The position numbers and the translations under genes are program-made. A model generated the notes under the pieces. The model ran no database searches. It was not told where the DNA came from and saw only the letters and a program-made list of their open reading frames with translations. DNA of 10,384 bases from an uncultured Aquificales bacterium (GTDB lineage: Bacteria; Thermosulfidibacterota; Thermosulfidibacteria; Thermosulfidibacterales; Thermosulfidibacteraceae): NCBI GenBank assembly GCA_964411615.1, contig CAYPLO010000039.1:1-10384 (forward strand), given 5' to 3'. The first letter of the stretch is position 1, and each line of letters begins with the position of its first letter. Of this stretch, positions 7,404-10,384 are shown in pieces.

Positions 7404-7830
7404 GACTCCCATGGGTCCTGTATCTGTGGTGTTCAACCTGAGGGGTGAGGTTGTGTCCGTTGTGCTGGGCAGGAGGGTTTCATCCCCCTGTGTTGACGGC
7501 TCTGTGATGGATTTGCTGAGGCTATACTTAGCAGGTGTTCCCGTCGGCATGGATGGTGTGCCTGTCAGGCTTGATGTGTCGCCCTTTGTCAGGAGGGTGC
7601 TTGAGGAGGTGAGGAGGATACCCTGGGGAGAGGTTTTGACCTACGGGGAGCTGGCAAGAAGGATGGGGGTCAGGTCTGCAAGGGCCGTGGGGATGGCTTT
7701 GGGCAAGAACCCCGTTCCCATTATCGTTCCCTGCCACAGGGTTGTGGCCAAGAGGGGACTTGGAGGGTTCTCCTCGGGCCTGGACTGGAAGAGGTTTCTT
7801 CTGAAGTTGGAGGGCCATGAGGCGTATTAA
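7387..7830 (+). CDS. ogt: Methylated-DNA--[protein]-cysteine S-methyltransferase
   Basis: Active-site NPVPIIVPCHRVV, IPWGEVLTYGELA, ARAVG, LGGF..GL..KRFLLKLE and N-terminal ETPMG. GGAGG RBS at 7376-7380 precedes TTG 7387. Confidence 0.93.
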   Translation: MPNVVETPMGPVSVVFNLRGEVVSVVLGRRVSSPCVDGSVMDLLRLYLAGVPVGMDGVPVRLDVSPFVRRVLEEVRRIPWGEVLTYGELARRMGVRSARAVGMALGKNPVPIIVPCHRVVAKRGLGGFSSGLDWKRFLLKLEGHEAY

Positions 7831-8548
7831 GCTGGTGGTTGCCTACGACGGTACGGGTTACAACGGCTGGCAGGTCCAGTCCTCTGCCCCTACTGTTCAG
7901 GGGGAGCTTGAGAGGGCCATCGGCAGGGTTCTGAAGCACAGGGTCAGGGTTGTGGGGGCTGGCAGGACGGATACAGGGGTTCATGCTTTCGGACAGGTGG
8001 TTCACTTTGACACCGATAGCACCATGGATGTGGATGTGATGCTGAAGGCCTTCAACGCAAACCTTCCATCCTCTATTGTGGTGAGGGATGTCTGTGAGGT
8101 GGAGCAGGATTTTCATGCCAGATTCTCCGCCAAAAGCAGGGTGTACAGGTACTTCATAACCAGGGTGAACCTCCCCTTCTTTAGCCGATACGCCTGGTAT
8201 ATTGGGCAGCCCCTTGATGTTGAGGCCATGATTGAGGCCTCTGGATATTTTGTGGGAGAGCACGACTTCCGGTTGTACGGAAGCCCCATGACCCCTGGAG
8301 GTTCAACGGTCAGGTTCGTTAAAAGGTGCAGGGTTAAACCCAGAAGATGGAGGATTGAGGTTGTGGTTGAGGCAAACGCCTTCTTGAGAAGGATGGTGAG
8401 AAATATGGTGGGTGCCTTGGTGAAGGTGGGGCTGCACAGGGCCACTCCGGAGGATGTGAAGGCCTCCGTTGAGGAGGCGGTTCCCTTGAAAAAGGGGCTT
8501 AAACCCGCTCCCCCTAATGGACTCTTTCTGTGGAAGGTGGTCTACTGA
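7817..8548 (+). CDS. truA: tRNA pseudouridine(38-40) synthase
   Basis: AYDGTGYNGWQ.Q, TVQGELE, catalytic AGRTDTGVHA.GQ, FHARFSA..R.YRY, GEHDF, NAFL..MVR.MVG and APP.GLFL..V.Y. Confidence 0.96.
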   Translation: MRRIKLVVAYDGTGYNGWQVQSSAPTVQGELERAIGRVLKHRVRVVGAGRTDTGVHAFGQVVHFDTDSTMDVDVMLKAFNANLPSSIVVRDVCEVEQDFHARFSAKSRVYRYFITRVNLPFFSRYAWYIGQPLDVEAMIEASGYFVGEHDFRLYGSPMTPGGSTVRFVKRCRVKPRRWRIEVVVEANAFLRRMVRNMVGALVKVGLHRATPEDVKASVEEAVPLKKGLKPAPPNGLFLWKVVY

Positions 8549-8551
8549 TTC

Positions 8552-8580
8552 TTGACTAAATCTCCATCTTTTATTATTTT
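8552..8580 (+). promoter_or_regulatory. Putative sigma70-type promoter for cydAB
   Basis: TTGACT (8552-8557), a 17-bp spacer, then TATTTT (8575-8580), inside the only AT-rich intergenic gap. A GGAGG RBS at 8598-8602 precedes ATG 8610. Confidence 0.65.
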
Positions 8581-8609
8581 AATGCAAAAAGTCATCTGGA
8601 GGGGCAGGG

Positions 8610-9914
8610 ATGGATGTGCTCATAGGTTCAAGACTACAGTTTGCGGTGGCTGCCATCTTCCACTTTCTATTCGTTCCCCTCACCCTTGGACTTTCGGTTC
8701 TCACGGCGGTCTTTGAGACCCTCTATGTTAAGACGGGAGATGAGGATTACAGGAGGGCGGCCAAGTTCTGGGGCAAGCTCTTTCTAATCAACTTTGCCTT
8801 AGGTGTTGTGACGGGTATCACCCTTGAGTTCCAGTTTGGAACCAACTGGCGGTACTACTCCGAGTACGTGGGGGATGTCTTCGGTTCCCTCCTCGCCATT
8901 GAGGCCACCCTGGCCTTCTTCTTGGAGTCCACCTTTATAGCCGTGTGGCACTTCGGCTGGAAGAGGCTATCTCCCAAGCTCCACTGTTTGGCCATCTGGC
9001 TTGTTGCCCTGGGCTCCAATATTTCCGCTTTGTGGATACTACTTGCCAACGGATGGATGCAGCATCCAGTGGGCTATGTGCTGAGGAACGGAAGGGCGGA
9101 GCTGGCGAGCTTCTGGGATGTCTTTACCAACTCCTTCGGCTGGATGGAGTTCATCCATACGGTCTCTGGAGCCTTCATCCTCTCCTCCTTCTTTGTGCTG
9201 GGGGTATCGGCCTACCATCTGCTTAGGAAGAACGAGGTTGAGTTCTTCTCCAAGTCCTTCAGGGTTGCTGCGGTCTTCGCTTTGGCGTTCTCGCTGTTTG
9301 AGGTCTTCAACGGGCATCTGCACGGGGCTGAGGTGGCAAAAACCCAGCCCACCAAGCTTGCAGCCATGGAGTCTCTGTGGGAGACGAAGAAGGGGGCTCC
9401 CCTGTATCTGTTTGTGATACCCGACCCCGATAATGAGAGGAACGCCGTTGAGATAGGTAAGATTCCCGGGCTTCTCAGCTTCCTTGCCTATCACAGCTTT
9501 GATGCTGAGGTGAAGGGGCTTAAGGAGTTTCCCCCTGAGGAGAGGCCTCCCGTGCTTATCACATTCATAGCCTTCAGGCTCATGGTGGGACTGGGCTTTC
9601 TGTTCGTTCTCATCTCCCTCCTCGCCTGGCTCAAAAGGAACAATCCACTCTCCTCTCCGTGGCTGCTGAGGCTTCTTCTGTTCTCCATCCCCCTTCCCTA
9701 CATAGCCTTAGAGCTGGGATGGGTGGTTGCGGAGGTTGGTAGGCAGCCGTGGATTGTGTATGGGCTCATGAAGACTAAGGATGCCGTGTCTCCTCTGGCT
9801 CCCCATCAGGTTCTCATCTCCCTTGTGGCTTTCATAGTGATATACACGGCCCTTGGTGTGATAGACTTTGTGCTTCTGGCCAAGTACGCCAGAAGGGGAC
9901 CCGAAAAGGTCTGA
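8610..9914 (+). CDS. cydA: Cytochrome bd quinol oxidase subunit I (short Q-loop type)
   Basis: RLQFA....FHFLFVPLTLG (heme His), FWGKLF.INFA.GVVTGI..EFQFGTNW, E...AFFLESTF, ANGWMQHP, FIHT (b558 His), QPTKLAAME, FRLMVG (b558 Met) and GWVVAEVGRQPW. A length of 434 aa fits a short Q-loop. Confidence 0.97.
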   Translation: MDVLIGSRLQFAVAAIFHFLFVPLTLGLSVLTAVFETLYVKTGDEDYRRAAKFWGKLFLINFALGVVTGITLEFQFGTNWRYYSEYVGDVFGSLLAIEATLAFFLESTFIAVWHFGWKRLSPKLHCLAIWLVALGSNISALWILLANGWMQHPVGYVLRNGRAELASFWDVFTNSFGWMEFIHTVSGAFILSSFFVLGVSAYHLLRKNEVEFFSKSFRVAAVFALAFSLFEVFNGHLHGAEVAKTQPTKLAAMESLWETKKGAPLYLFVIPDPDNERNAVEIGKIPGLLSFLAYHSFDAEVKGLKEFPPEERPPVLITFIAFRLMVGLGFLFVLISLLAWLKRNNPLSSPWLLRLLLFSIPLPYIALELGWVVAEVGRQPWIVYGLMKTKDAVSPLAPHQVLISLVAFIVIYTALGVIDFVLLAKYARRGPEKV

Positions 9915-9926
9915 GGAGGTGGTGTG

Positions 9927-10384
9927 ATGGAGAAGAACATCTTTCAGGTCATATGGTTCGTGCTCTGGGGGGTTCTCTGGATAGGGTACTTTGTGCTGGA
10001 CGGGTTTGACCTTGGAGCTGCCATGGTCAGACCCTTCGTTGCCAAAGATGACAGGGAAAACAGGCTGGTTTACAACGCAATAGGCCCCTTCTGGGATGCC
10101 AATGAGGTGTGGCTCATAACCGCAGGTGGGGCCACCTTTGCCGCCTTTCCGAAGGCCTACGCGGTGATGTTCAGCGGACTGTACTCTGCCCTTCTCCTTT
10201 TGCTGTTCTGCCTCATTCTGAGGGGGGTGGCCGTTGAGTTCAGGGGGAAGGAGCAGGATTCCCAGTGGAGGAGCCGCTGGGATTTGATTTTCACCGCATC
10301 AAGCCTTCTTGCCACGGTGCTTCTCGGGGTTGCCTTTGCCAACATATTCAGGGGACTGCCCTTGGATGGTAAGGGCATTATTCA
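9927..10384 (+). CDS. cydB: Cytochrome bd quinol oxidase subunit II, 3'-truncated by the window edge
   Basis: Absent from the ORF track because there is no stop in the window. Hand translation gives MEKNIFQVIWFVLWGVLWIGYFVLDGFDLG...IGPFWDANEVWLITAGGATFAAFP..YA..FSGLY...LILRGVAVEFR, which are CydB motifs. AGGAGGT RBS at 9914-9920; in-frame GTG 9924 is an alternative start. Confidence 0.95.
   Translation, partial: MEKNIFQVIWFVLWGVLWIGYFVLDGFDLGAAMVRPFVAKDDRENRLVYNAIGPFWDANEVWLITAGGATFAAFPKAYAVMFSGLYSALLLLLFCLILRGVAVEFRGKEQDSQWRSRWDLIFTASSLLATVLLGVAFANIFRGLPLDGKGII

Noticed and set aside
8492..8515. Possible hairpin AGGGGC...GCTCCCCT as a terminator near the end of truA
   Set aside because: The stem is imperfect, lies inside the CDS and has no adjacent U-tract.
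2861..9417. Short alternate-frame + strand ORFs (2861-3061, 4319-4513, 8945-9226, 9118-9417)
   Set aside because: They are nested wholly within longer genes in another frame and show no motifs. The host genes read through intact, so there is no sign of a frameshift.
483..10378. All minus-strand ORFs in the track (e.g. 1094-1615, 4934-5467, 6108-6611, 7721-8263, 9039-9494, 10157-10378)
   Set aside because: Each lies antisense to a well-supported + strand gene. Their P/L/H/S-rich composition is the expected mirror of G-rich sense codons, and none has a recognisable motif.
1..10384. tRNA, rRNA, riboswitch, CRISPR array, IS element or prophage
   Set aside because: The only sizeable non-coding gap is 61 nt and is filled by a promoter and RBS. 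I saw no spaced repeats, terminal inverted repeats, or transposase or integrase motifs.

Overview
A gene-dense bacterial chromosomal window with every credible gene on the + strand. AGG/AGA Arg codons, ATA Ile codons, E/K/R/V-rich proteins and overlapping genes suggest a thermophile with a compact genome. Positions 1-8548 hold ten abutting or overlapping CDSs. In order: a probable 5'-truncated lipoprotein (FlgO/CsgG-like), biotin synthase bioB, a small DUF1828-like protein, a nitroreductase, a secreted Cys-rich orphan, a DUF39 homocysteine-biosynthesis sulfurtransferase, rimO, a COG2509-type FAD oxidoreductase, ogt and truA. The only real intergenic gap (8549-8609) carries a sigma70-type promoter for cytochrome bd oxidase cydA and cydB; cydB runs off the window and is missing from the ORF track. 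I see no RNA genes, mobile elements or CRISPR arrays. This is mostly core metabolism and I cannot support a clearly new multi-gene system. The best leads are a type II-like BioB with Asp replacing an auxiliary-cluster Cys, an apparent total absence of GATC, three sulfur-inserting enzymes in one gene run, and two Cys-rich exported orphans. All family calls come from motif recognition by eye, not database searches.
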